Shown here: positions 55,509 to 64,000 of the stretch, in pieces | How the letters are laid out: each line of letters starts with the position of its first letter | Position numbering within the stretch: the stretch's first letter is position 1 | Assembly: GCA_963785305.1 (NCBI GenBank) | Contig: CAWAUV010000009.1 | Coordinates: 416,001 to 480,000, forward strand | DNA: 64,000 nucleotides | Direction: 5' to 3' | DNA from: an uncultured Planctomycetaceae bacterium | GTDB lineage: Bacteria; Planctomycetota; Planctomycetia; Pirellulales; PALSA-1355 | Notes under the pieces: model-generated | Told to the model about the DNA's origin: nothing | The model's database searches: none | What the model saw: only the letters and a program-made list of their open reading frames with translations | Translations under genes and position numbers: made by a program

Positions 55509-56816
55509 TTATGATGCCTTGCGCACGATCACGACCGCCGCTTGGCCTTGCGGGGTGACATTGACATTCATCGCCACATCGCCGGCCGGAGTTGTCGTGT
55601 CGGTTACCACCGGTAGCGGGCACTCGGGGTCGGGGGTCTCGAAATTTCGCACCGGAAACAGCCGGCCGCGCTCCAGCGCCGCCAGGCTCGCGATCAACTC
55701 GACCACGCCGCTACCCGCGCCCAGATTGCCGAAATAACTCTTCGCCGCCACCACCGGCGGAATCCGGGCGCCAAACACCGCCTCGAAGGCCCGCGCTTCG
55801 TCGATATCGCTGGTGCGCGTGCTGAGCCCATGCGCATGCACATGGCCGATGTCGCTCGGCGCGAGGCCCGCGTCGCGCAGGGCCGAGCGCATCGCGTTGA
55901 CCAGCGCCTTGTCGCGTTGGGCGATGCCTTGCCGGTCGGCCACGGAGCTTGAACCGCTGCCGAGCACTTCGGCATGGATCCGCGCCGAGCGCGCTTCGGC
56001 GTGTTCGCGAAGTTCGAGCACCAAGGCGCCCGCGCCTTCGCCAAGGACCATGCCGCTTCGCCGGAGGTCGAAAGGCCGGCTGGCCCGGGTCGGGTCGGAG
56101 CCGTTGCCCGCGACTTCTTCTTGGCTCACGACATGCACCATTTTCATGGGATGCACTCGGGTGCCGGTGGCGCCGGCGACCATCACATCGGCATGTCCGC
56201 GTTGAATGGTGCGAAACGCCTCGCCAACGGCCAAGTTCGACGACGCCTCGCGGAGCGTGAGCGAGTTGTTCGGCCCGCGCATATCGTTGTAGATCGCCAC
56301 ATGGCTGGCCGGCATGTTCGGCAGATACTTGAGCAGCCACAGCGGCGTGAGCTTGGGCATGCCTTCCTCGGCCCAGCGGGCGAAGTCGAATTTGCCGTCG
56401 GCCCCGATACATCGCCGCACGCCGTCGGTGAAGTCCTCGGGCATGGTCATCATATAGTCGGAGCCGAAGAGCACTCCGGTGCGTTCGGGGTCGAAGCCCG
56501 AGTTGAGATTGGCGTCGCTCAGCGCGCGCTGGGCGGCGGCCACGCCCATCTGGCACTCGCGGCACATCACGCGGAGCCCCTTGCGAATGGCTTTTTTCTT
56601 TTCGCCATCGAGCGGGCCGAAGTCTTCGATCGCGCCGGTGAAGTCGCGCGCTTCGGCGGCGAAGCTCGTGGGGAGAAATGTGGTGGCAAAGCTAGCGATC
56701 GGTCGCACGCCGCTCCCGCCCTCGACAAAAGCGTTCCACAACGCCTCGAGCGTGTTGCCCAGGGGACTAATCAGCCCCAGGCCAGTGACGACAACCCCGC
56801 GCGATGTTCCGATCAT
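55509..56816 (-). CDS. FabF-like beta-ketoacyl-ACP synthase homologue lacking the catalytic Cys
   Basis: VVVTGLG, SRPFD..RSG..GEGAG and HAHG; GPNNSLTLREASS in place of TACA. Confidence 0.88.
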   Translation of the reverse strand: MIGTSRGVVVTGLGLISPLGNTLEALWNAFVEGGSGVRPIASFATTFLPTSFAAEARDFTGAIEDFGPLDGEKKKAIRKGLRVMCRECQMGVAAAQRALSDANLNSGFDPERTGVLFGSDYMMTMPEDFTDGVRRCIGADGKFDFARWAEEGMPKLTPLWLLKYLPNMPASHVAIYNDMRGPNNSLTLREASSNLAVGEAFRTIQRGHADVMVAGATGTRVHPMKMVHVVSQEEVAGNGSDPTRASRPFDLRRSGMVLGEGAGALVLELREHAEARSARIHAEVLGSGSSSVADRQGIAQRDKALVNAMRSALRDAGLAPSDIGHVHAHGLSTRTSDIDEARAFEAVFGARIPPVVAAKSYFGNLGAGSGVVELIASLAALERGRLFPVRNFETPDPECPLPVVTDTTTPAGDVAMNVNVTPQGQAAVVIVRKAS

Positions 56817-57149
56817 GAGACTTCGATGCGCCTTGCATGCTTTTTGTTGGGCGGGGGGCGAACACGTTTCCGCCGAAAATTCCCCTCGCGCCGGCCGCCA
56901 CACGCCCTGGGGGCTCGACCGCGCCGCGGCCCGCGGCCCTTGGGGCCCGAACGCGGTGGTAATAGTGTAGTGGGGCCCAGCGCCGGCGAAAAGGCGGCTT
57001 TGCCCCCCTTCAGACAGGTCAACTACGGGCGCATCGGGCGGAATGCGCACGCTCGTCGTGGGCATGACCGTCCCTAAGTCACATGCCCACGGCGAGCGTG
57101 GGCATGGCACACGGCGGCTTTTGCCCCCCGGCCAGATGCTCCGGCGCGA

Positions 57150-57869
57150 TCACCCGCCGGGCGAGCCGCTCTGGGGCGTGTAGAGAATGCAGCCGCAATT
57201 GGCGCAGAACACGGCTCGGCTCATTTGCAATTCGCCGAGCATGTTGGGCGTGAGCTGTTTGTTGCAGCCGCCGCAGAAACCGCCCGACACCGCGGCCATC
57301 GCCTCTTCGTGCTTGTGGTTCACGACACGGTTGTAGGCGAGCCGAAAATCGTCGGGCAATTCGGCTTCGGCCCGGGCGAGCTCGTCGCGCAGCCGGGCAA
57401 TATCGGTGGCGATCGAGTCGGTTTGGGTGTTGACCGCTTGCTGCTGCTTGGCGAGCTCGGCCTTGGCGTCGACGATTTTCTTTTGGGCCTCGGCGACGAC
57501 CCGCTGGCTTTCGTCGATTTTTTCGAGCGCGTCGAGGATTTCGTCTTCGAGCACCTGCCCGGCCATGCGGTCGGCGGCGATTTGGTCCTTGAGCGCCTGA
57601 TATTCGCGATTGGTGCCGCAGGCGTTGAGCTTGGCTTCGAGTCCCAGGATTTTCTGTTCGCCGCTTTTCAGCAGCAGTTGCTTCTGATCGGCCCGCATCT
57701 TGGCCGCCTTCACGTCGGCCTGGGCCTTGGTCAGCTCGTCGGCAAGCCGCGCGAGATTGACTTCCCGAGCCTTGAGCAGCTTGACGCCGCGCTGGGCGCG
57801 GTCGCTCAGATCGGCGAGTTGCCGATGAATGCGATGCAGTACGGAGATCGCGGCAGCGCTCACAGCCAT
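57150..57869 (-). CDS. Coiled-coil + C4 zinc-ribbon protein (COG1579 / zf-RING_7 type)
   Basis: NREYQAL..I, CGGC and CANCGCILY. Confidence 0.88.
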   Translation of the reverse strand: MAVSAAAISVLHRIHRQLADLSDRAQRGVKLLKAREVNLARLADELTKAQADVKAAKMRADQKQLLLKSGEQKILGLEAKLNACGTNREYQALKDQIAADRMAGQVLEDEILDALEKIDESQRVVAEAQKKIVDAKAELAKQQQAVNTQTDSIATDIARLRDELARAEAELPDDFRLAYNRVVNHKHEEAMAAVSGGFCGGCNKQLTPNMLGELQMSRAVFCANCGCILYTPQSGSPGG

Positions 57870-58020
57870 GCCAAGCCTCGTCGATCGGACAGCTTTTTGC
57901 CAAAGAATATCATTATAGCCGCTCGGCCCGAACTCGGAAAGCAACCGCCGACTTTCGTCGCGCGGCCAGCCCCCCGGATGCTGGCGCGGGCCCTCGAGAT
58001 CTCGCCGATTTCAATGTATC

Positions 58021-58420
58021 TCACGCGGAGGCGCGGAGGCGGATGCCCGCGCCGACCGGAGTCTCGGGCGTCGCCGCCAGCGGCGTGAACATGACGCTCA
58101 CGCCGAGTTTTTGATTTGGTAGCCATGGAATGACACGGATTATAGTCAGGGAAGGAAATCAGCTCGCTGCCTCCTGCCGCCCCATTCCGTGTTTCTTCCG
58201 TGTAATTCCGTGGCCGCATTTCATTCTCCCCACTGACTTGGCTGGCGTCGCTTTATGTGGCCCCGAGAGTGCGCTCCTATCCCAAGCCGACGCGTGAGTG
58301 AGCGGCGAAATCCCACGCCGGACAAATACAAGCCTGAAGCGCCGTCGAAGGTTTCTCCAGTGCGGCGTGCTACGCGCCGGGGCGAAACGACATCCGCCCT
58401 CGCCACAGGCTTTCCCCGAA
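58021..58420. repeat. Mosaic of small intergenic repeat elements
   Basis: TCACGCGGAGGCGCGGAGG (also at 14829); GCCA(C/T)GGAAT.ACACGGA inverted pair (related to about 10896); ACAAGCC.GAAGCGCC (also at about 60056). Confidence 0.6.
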
Positions 58421-58486
58421 AGGAGGGGATTCATGGGGCCGGTTTGCCCCCTTGTAAAAATTTAACGCGCCCGCGAACAAAAGCAT

Positions 58487-58515
58487 TTGACTAAACCGAA
58501 AACTTCCGATAAGTT
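58487..58515 (+). promoter_or_regulatory. Possible sigma70 promoter
   Basis: TTGACT, 17 nt spacer, TAAGTT. Confidence 0.35.
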
Positions 58516-58638
58516 GAGCGAATTCTAGGCGGGCGTTCCGCTTGCCTCGCATATCGGGAGTCTGTACGGCCTTGTCGGCCGTTTGTCTCATTTTTTTCAT
58601 TCTTCTTATTCGGTTCTCTTTCTCAGAGGAGGGTGACT

Positions 58639-59922
58639 ATGTTCACCAAACGAAGAGGGTTCGCCAAGCGAAGAAGGTTCGCCGTGCGAATCCGGTCTGG
58701 CGCCGCGAGTTCGGCGGAGCGTGGTTTCACGCTCGTGGAACTGTTGGTCGTGATTGCCATTATCGGCGTGCTCATTGCGCTCCTATTGCCGGCGGTGCAA
58801 GCCGCCCGCGAAGCGGCCCGGCGCAACGCGTGCACCAACAACCTGAAGCAACTCGGCCTGGGCCTGCAAAACCACCACGATGTCCGCAAGTATCTGCCGC
58901 TCTTGAGCACGGCCCTGAACATACAGGCATTTCCGGTGGTTCAATCGATACAGCCGGGCTCGACGACCGCGGGCAGCACCGCCAGCCCCGGCAGCGCCCC
59001 TTCCGAAGGCTTTAGCTGGATTACGCGTATCTTGCCGTTTATGGAAGAAACGGTGCTCTACAACAACATCTCGAAGCAGACGAACAAATTTCAGCCGAAC
59101 TACACGCCGTTTGGATCCGTCATTACGTCGACTGGCTCGGGAACGACCCCGAGCGCGGGCGTGCCGAACAATATGTACGCTGGTCAAGTAACGCTCGGCA
59201 TGCTTCGTTGCCCCAGCTATTCGGATAATTCCTACACCACCGGCAGCAACAGTCCTTATAGTGGCGTCACCGGCCCGGCAACATACATGCAAACGGGCTA
59301 CGATAGCCAGGGCAACGCGGTGATCGGCCAGTACATCAGCAACTACGCCGCCACCCCGGCCGTGAATTACATGTGCATGACGACGAATGCAAAGCAACAA
59401 ACCGTGGGTGGCCCGGGCAGTTCCTATGAGCCGCCCGATGGAGCGATTGTTCCCTCGTCGTCGTCTTTTCCCGGCGGCAAGGGAGTCAACTTCCGCCAAA
59501 TCACCGATGGCACATCGAAGACGATCGCGGTCGCAGAGACGCGCGAGAATCAGCTCTCGGCGTGGATCGATGGATCGGTGAATTGGGTCGTTGCCGACTC
59601 GGGCTACAATGCGGCAAGCACGGGGACATGCACTTCATATCTGAGCAATGCCACGGGCGCTATCTACTGGACGGTCAACTCTGGCAGCACTGTTTCTCTC
59701 AATTTTGGCCCGATTCCCACATCCACGAATTACTACAGCCCATCATTTTGGAGCTATAAGTGGGCCTGGGGACCGAGCAGCACGCACACCGGCGGGGTGA
59801 TTATTCACCTCTATTGCGATGGTGGCGTGCGCAATGTGACCGACGACGTGAATCCCACGACCTATTGCCAACTCATCACCCGCGCCGGTGGCGAGCCGGT
59901 GGTAGTGCCCGGCCTAGAATAA
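58639..59922 (+). CDS. DUF1559 (SBP_bac_10) prepilin-type protein with H-X9-DG-like C-terminus
   Basis: [64 protein letters not shown]. Confidence 0.95.
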   Translation: MFTKRRGFAKRRRFAVRIRSGAASSAERGFTLVELLVVIAIIGVLIALLLPAVQAAREAARRNACTNNLKQLGLGLQNHHDVRKYLPLLSTALNIQAFPVVQSIQPGSTTAGSTASPGSAPSEGFSWITRILPFMEETVLYNNISKQTNKFQPNYTPFGSVITSTGSGTTPSAGVPNNMYAGQVTLGMLRCPSYSDNSYTTGSNSPYSGVTGPATYMQTGYDSQGNAVIGQYISNYAATPAVNYMCMTTNAKQQTVGGPGSSYEPPDGAIVPSSSSFPGGKGVNFRQITDGTSKTIAVAETRENQLSAWIDGSVNWVVADSGYNAASTGTCTSYLSNATGAIYWTVNSGSTVSLNFGPIPTSTNYYSPSFWSYKWAWGPSSTHTGGVIIHLYCDGGVRNVTDDVNPTTYCQLITRAGGEPVVVPGLE

Positions 59923-59978
59923 GTCGGCTCGCTTCCAACTCGAGCACGAAGCTCGCGGCAATTCCCCAATCAAAAACC

Positions 59979-60013
59979 AACTCCGACCCTCTCTCGAGGG
60001 CCGGAGTTTTTTT
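59979..60013 (+). terminator. Intrinsic terminator
   Basis: AACTCCGACCCTC-TCTC-GAGGGCCGGAGTTTTTTT. Confidence 0.75.
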
Positions 60014-60031
60014 GCGCTTCAGCCTTGTGCC

Positions 60032-60160
60032 CGACGAAATCCAGCGTCGGACAAATACAAGCCCGAAGCGCCAGCGAAGGTTCCTCAATCCTCTCGTGGG
60101 AACGTGGCGAGGTTCTTTTCCACCGCCGGCCGGCCTTCGCTCGCGCATCAGGCTTGTGTG
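60032..60160. repeat. REP-like inverted repeat element
   Basis: ACAAGCCCGAAGCGCCAGCGAAGG ... CCTTCGCTCGCGCATCAGGCTTGT. Confidence 0.65.
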
Positions 60161-60352
60161 CGGCGAAATCCCGCGTCGGGCGCCATGCCCGCGCTTTTCG
60201 TGGACATGTGTCCTGAACCGAGTCGTTCGCGGGGTCGGCCGAGGAGCGATTCACGGCCAGCGGTATCCGCATGCCCATGCTTTTCGTGGGCAATGGCGCC
60301 CGGGCCGCATTCAGGCGGCGGCGTCAGCCGGTTTGAATATTTCAACCGCCTG

Positions 60353-61113
60353 CTATCGCTCGCGGAGGTCGATTCCCGCCACGCGGCCGTCTTCCATTCT
60401 CGCGATGCGGTCGCCGAAGTCGAACACCCGGCTATCGTGCGTGACGATTATCACGGCCCGGCCGCCTTCGACCGCCACGCCGCGAAGCAGTTCCATGATC
60501 GTGTGCCCGGTCTTCGCATCCAGCGCCGAAGTCGGCTCGTCGCACACCAGCAAGTCGGGCTGATGCACGAGGCCCCGGGCGATCGCCACCCGCTGCTGTT
60601 GGCCGCCCGAGAGTTTGGTCGGCAGCGCGTGGCGCGGGCGCCCATGTCCATCTGTTCGAGCAGGGCCTCGGCCCGCTTGAGCGCTTTGGCCCGCGACCAG
60701 CCGGCCAAAATCAGCGGAATCGTCACGTTTTCGGCGGCCGTGAGCGAAGGGAGCAGATTGAACTGCTGAAAGATGAAGCCGATATGCCGGCGGCGGAAGC
60801 GGACCGTGGCCGAGCGCGAAAGTCGATGCATCGCGGCGCCGAGCACATGCACTTCGCCACCGGTAGGATTCAAAATGCCCGCCACGACCGAGAGCAGCGT
60901 GGTTTTGCCGCAGCCGCTCGGCCCGGCGATGAGGGTGAGCTCGCCGGGGAACACATCGAGGTCCACGCCGCGCAGGGCCTGCACCAGCGCGTTGCCCGAG
61001 CCATAGTTCTTCGTCACCCCGCGGCACACGATCGCCGCGTCGGAGCGCCGCTCGGGAGCGCTCGGCGGCGCTTGTCCCGCGGCGGTTGGGTCGTGTTGCT
61101 TGGAAATGGTCAT
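60353..61113 (-). CDS. ABC transporter ATP-binding protein (LolD/DevA-like; frameshift near 60630)
   Basis: GPSGCGKT, LSGGQQQRVAIAR, DEPT and VTHD. Confidence 0.9.
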
Positions 61114-61153
61114 GAGCAGTTCTTGTCGCGGGTGTCTCGCCGCGCTCGCGAGT

Positions 61154-62293
61154 TCATCCGCCTTGGAACACGATAGCCGGCTCGAGCACGATCAGCTTGC
61201 AAATCGAAAGCAAACTGGCCAGCATCGAGATCACCACGACCGCCGCTCCGGTGATGGCCAACACTTCCCAGGGCATGAGAAACGCGAGCTTCGAGTGCGA
61301 CTTGGTAAGTTCGCCGAAAGCGGCCGCTCCGCCGACGCCGAGCCCATAGCCGATCGAGCCGACCAGGGCCGCTTGCAAGAGCACCATCCAGGTGAGCGTC
61401 AGATTGCTCGCGCCCATCGCCTTGAGGGCGCCGAACTGTTTGAGGTTTTCGAGCGTGAAAAGATAAAACGTCTGCCCGGCGATCGCCGTGCCGACGACGA
61501 ATCCGAGGAGCACCGTGATGGCGAAGTTCATGGGGATGCCGGTGTTCTTGAGAAAATACCAGAGCGTCTTCTCGCTGAACTCGGCCCGGGTAAGCCCGGC
61601 CAGCCCGGTTTGCTCGCGAATGCGGCGGCACACTTCGCTCGACGGCACGCCGGTCTCGGGCTCGGCGAGAATAAACGACAGCACCTTGCGCTCCGCGGGA
61701 ATAAACCGCACCGCTTGGCTGTATCGGGTGTACACGACCGGAAAAGTCTGAAATGTGCGCCGCGCTTTGAAGATGCCCACGATCACGGCTTGCCGGTCGT
61801 TCATCTCGAACTGTTTGCCGAGCGTGAAGGGTTCCTTGGGCCAAAGCTGCTTGAAGCCATTTTCATCCATGAAGACCGCGTCGGGATGTCGCAAGTCGCC
61901 GAGATCGCCGAGCGTGACATCTTGCGGAGCGCCGACGAGCGTGGCGTCGTCGAGGCCGATGAGGATCATCTGCTGGAAGGCGCCATCGGCGAGCCGGCCG
62001 CGGTTGATGCCTTTGTAGAGCCGCACCGCCCAGGCCACGCCCGGCACACCGCGAACGCGATAGAGGTCGTTTTCGCTCATCGGCTTGATATCGTCGATGA
62101 ACTGGACCTTGCGGTCCATGACCCAAATGTCGGCCCCGCCAATGTCCTTGATCTGGCTGATGGTAAACGACATCAGCCCGCAGAAGATCGAGCCTTGCTG
62201 GGCAATGAGGAGCGAGGCGAATGTCACGCCGAGCACAATGCCGATGAACTTGGCGGTGTTGCCCGTCAGCATTTTGAGCGCGACCCAGCTCAT
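61154..62293 (-). CDS. ABC transporter permease (FtsX/DevC-like)
   Basis: N-terminal TM, periplasmic domain, three C-terminal TMs; FGALKAMGAS and EPAIVF. Confidence 0.88.
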   Translation of the reverse strand: MSWVALKMLTGNTAKFIGIVLGVTFASLLIAQQGSIFCGLMSFTISQIKDIGGADIWVMDRKVQFIDDIKPMSENDLYRVRGVPGVAWAVRLYKGINRGRLADGAFQQMILIGLDDATLVGAPQDVTLGDLGDLRHPDAVFMDENGFKQLWPKEPFTLGKQFEMNDRQAVIVGIFKARRTFQTFPVVYTRYSQAVRFIPAERKVLSFILAEPETGVPSSEVCRRIREQTGLAGLTRAEFSEKTLWYFLKNTGIPMNFAITVLLGFVVGTAIAGQTFYLFTLENLKQFGALKAMGASNLTLTWMVLLQAALVGSIGYGLGVGGAAAFGELTKSHSKLAFLMPWEVLAITGAAVVVISMLASLLSICKLIVLEPAIVFQGG

Positions 62294-62366
62294 CGCCAGT
62301 TCCCATCCGTTGGTTTGCCCCCGCCCGACCTTCCGGCGCACGAAGGGCGAGGGATTTGCTCTTTGA

Positions 62367-62441
62367 AGCCTATCCGAGAACTTCGGCGAGCCCTCACCCT
62401 GCCCTCTCCCAAAGAGAGAGGGGACAGTTGACGGATAGGCT
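62367..62441 (+). repeat. MITE/REP-like element, copy C
   Basis: Perfect 10-bp terminal IR AGCCTATCCG / CGGATAGGCT enclosing a CCCTCTCCC..GAGAGGG hairpin. Confidence 0.65.
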
Positions 62442-62485
62442 GTTAAGTCGAGTGTATCAGACGCCCGAAAGGGGACAAGCTCGGC

Positions 62486-64000
62486 TTAAACTTGGAACAC
62501 GCCAAGTTTGTAGGGCTCGTCGTCCACATGGCGCGTGGCGATTTCGAGCGACGCGATCAGCACATCGCGCGTGGCCGCCGGCTCGATGATCGCGTCGACC
62601 CAGCCGCGAGCCGCCGCATGGCGGGGGTCCATTTGCCGCTCGTAATCTTCTTTCACTCGGGCTCGCAGTTCATTGAGGCGCGGTTCGTCGAGCGGCTCGC
62701 CCTGGCGCTCGAGGCTTTTGGTCGTGATTTCCAGGAGCGTGTCGGTGGCTTGTTCCGAGCCCATCACGGCGCAGCGGGCCGTCGGCCAGGCGAAGATCAG
62801 CCGCGGGTCAAACGCCTTGCCGCACAGGGCGTAGTTCCCCGCGCCAAAGCTGCCGCCCGTGATCACGGTGAGCTTGGGCACGCGGCTATTGCTGATGGCG
62901 CTCACGAGCTTGGCCCCGGCTTTGATGATGCCGGAGCGTTCGCTTTCGCGGCCGACCATGAAGCCGTTTACATCTTGCAAGAACACGAGGGGCAAGTAGT
63001 TTTGATTGCAGTCCATCACGAAACGCGCCGCCTTCTCGGCGCTGTCGACATAGAGCACTCCGCCAAACTGCAACGGTCCCTCGGCCGCTTTGACCCGGTG
63101 GCGCTGATTGGCCACGATGCCCACGGCAAATCCACCCAATCGCGCGGTTCCGCACACGAGCGATTGGCCATATTCCTGCTTGTATTCATCGAAACTGCCG
63201 GCGTCGACGATCGCGGCGAGCAGGTCGCGGGTTTCATATTCACGCCGCGCCGAGTCGCCGAGAATGTCGAGGAGCTTATCGGGCGGCGTCGCGGGCGCCA
63301 CCGCGGCCACGCGCGAGAAGGGCGGCGCTGGAGTCGGGCTGTCGGGCGCTTGCTGCGCCGCCAGCCGCCGGAGCCGGGCCAAGCAGGAGGGGTCGTCGGC
63401 GTCGCGGTAGTCGATCGTGCCGCTGACTTGCGAGTGCATCGCCGCGCCGCCGAGCTCTTCGTTCGACACGCTCTGCCCGATGGCGCTCTTCACTAGCGCC
63501 GGCCCGGCCAGATACAGGCCCGAGCCTTCGGTCATGAGCAGGGTATCGCAGAGCACGGGCAGATAGCCTCCGCCGGCGACGCAATTTCCCATGATGGCGG
63601 CGATTTGCGGCAGTCCCGCGGCCGAGATCACGGCATTGTTGCGGAAGATGCGTCCGAAATCGTCTTCGTCGGGAAAGACATCTTCTTGCAACGGCAAGAA
63701 AATTCCGGCCGAATCGACGAGATATACGAGCGGGAGACGATTCCGCATCGCGATTTTTTGCGCCGAAGCACTTTCTTGGCGGTGGCGGGAAAGAAGGCGC
63801 CGGCTTTGACCGTGGCGTCGTTGGCGATGAGCATATGGCGACGACCCGCGATGGGGGCCACGCCGCAAACCACGCCCGCGGCCGGCGCGCCGCCCCAGTC
63901 GGTGTACATATTCCAGCCGGCCCAGAGCCCGAGTTCGAGCAGCGCGGCGCCGGGGTCGATGAGCTTTTCAATGCGTTCGCGGGCCGTGAGGCGTCCCTTG
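62486..64000 (-). CDS. Acyl-CoA carboxylase carboxyltransferase subunit (MCC/PCC beta type; frameshift near 63760; 5' end off the window)
   Basis: ANDATVKAG, VDSAG, GNCVAGGGY, ELGGA..H, QDVNGFMVG and GAGNY. Confidence 0.9.

Overview
This is a GC-rich bacterial window, very probably a Planctomycete (Pirellulales-like), judged from the DUF1559 prepilin-like protein, the PVC-type haem/dehydrogenase protein, a DUF6800-like protein and a Rieske/cytochrome b-c fusion. Many genes, including the essential proS, carry 1-2 nt indels, so most frameshifts look like long-read assembly errors. A housekeeping backbone (rnr, YhaM-like HD nuclease, proS, RluB-like synthase, pyrK, rpsT, dusB, FabF-like ketosynthase, acyl-CoA carboxylase, poly-HAMP kinase) is interrupted by a lower-GC, IS-riddled island of about 15.5 kb (about 16.85-32.3 kb) between proS and the 3' end of tRNA-Pro(CGG). 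The island holds two inverted copies of a shortened IS66-type element, an ISKra4, an IS3, a single-ORF BsuBI/PstI-type methylase-endonuclease fusion, a truncated SF2 helicase, a SEC-C / pRiA4b-ORF3 / hypothetical operon, and truncated RNA-ligase and GNAT genes. Outside the island, the most notable items are a promoter-driven structured RNA candidate of about 170 nt (6S-like) upstream of ferredoxin, a ketosynthase with Cys replaced by Glu, an orphan PfaC-type dehydratase didomain, and several small intergenic repeat families, one of which brackets the DUF1559 gene. All calls come from reading the sequence by eye; no searches were run.
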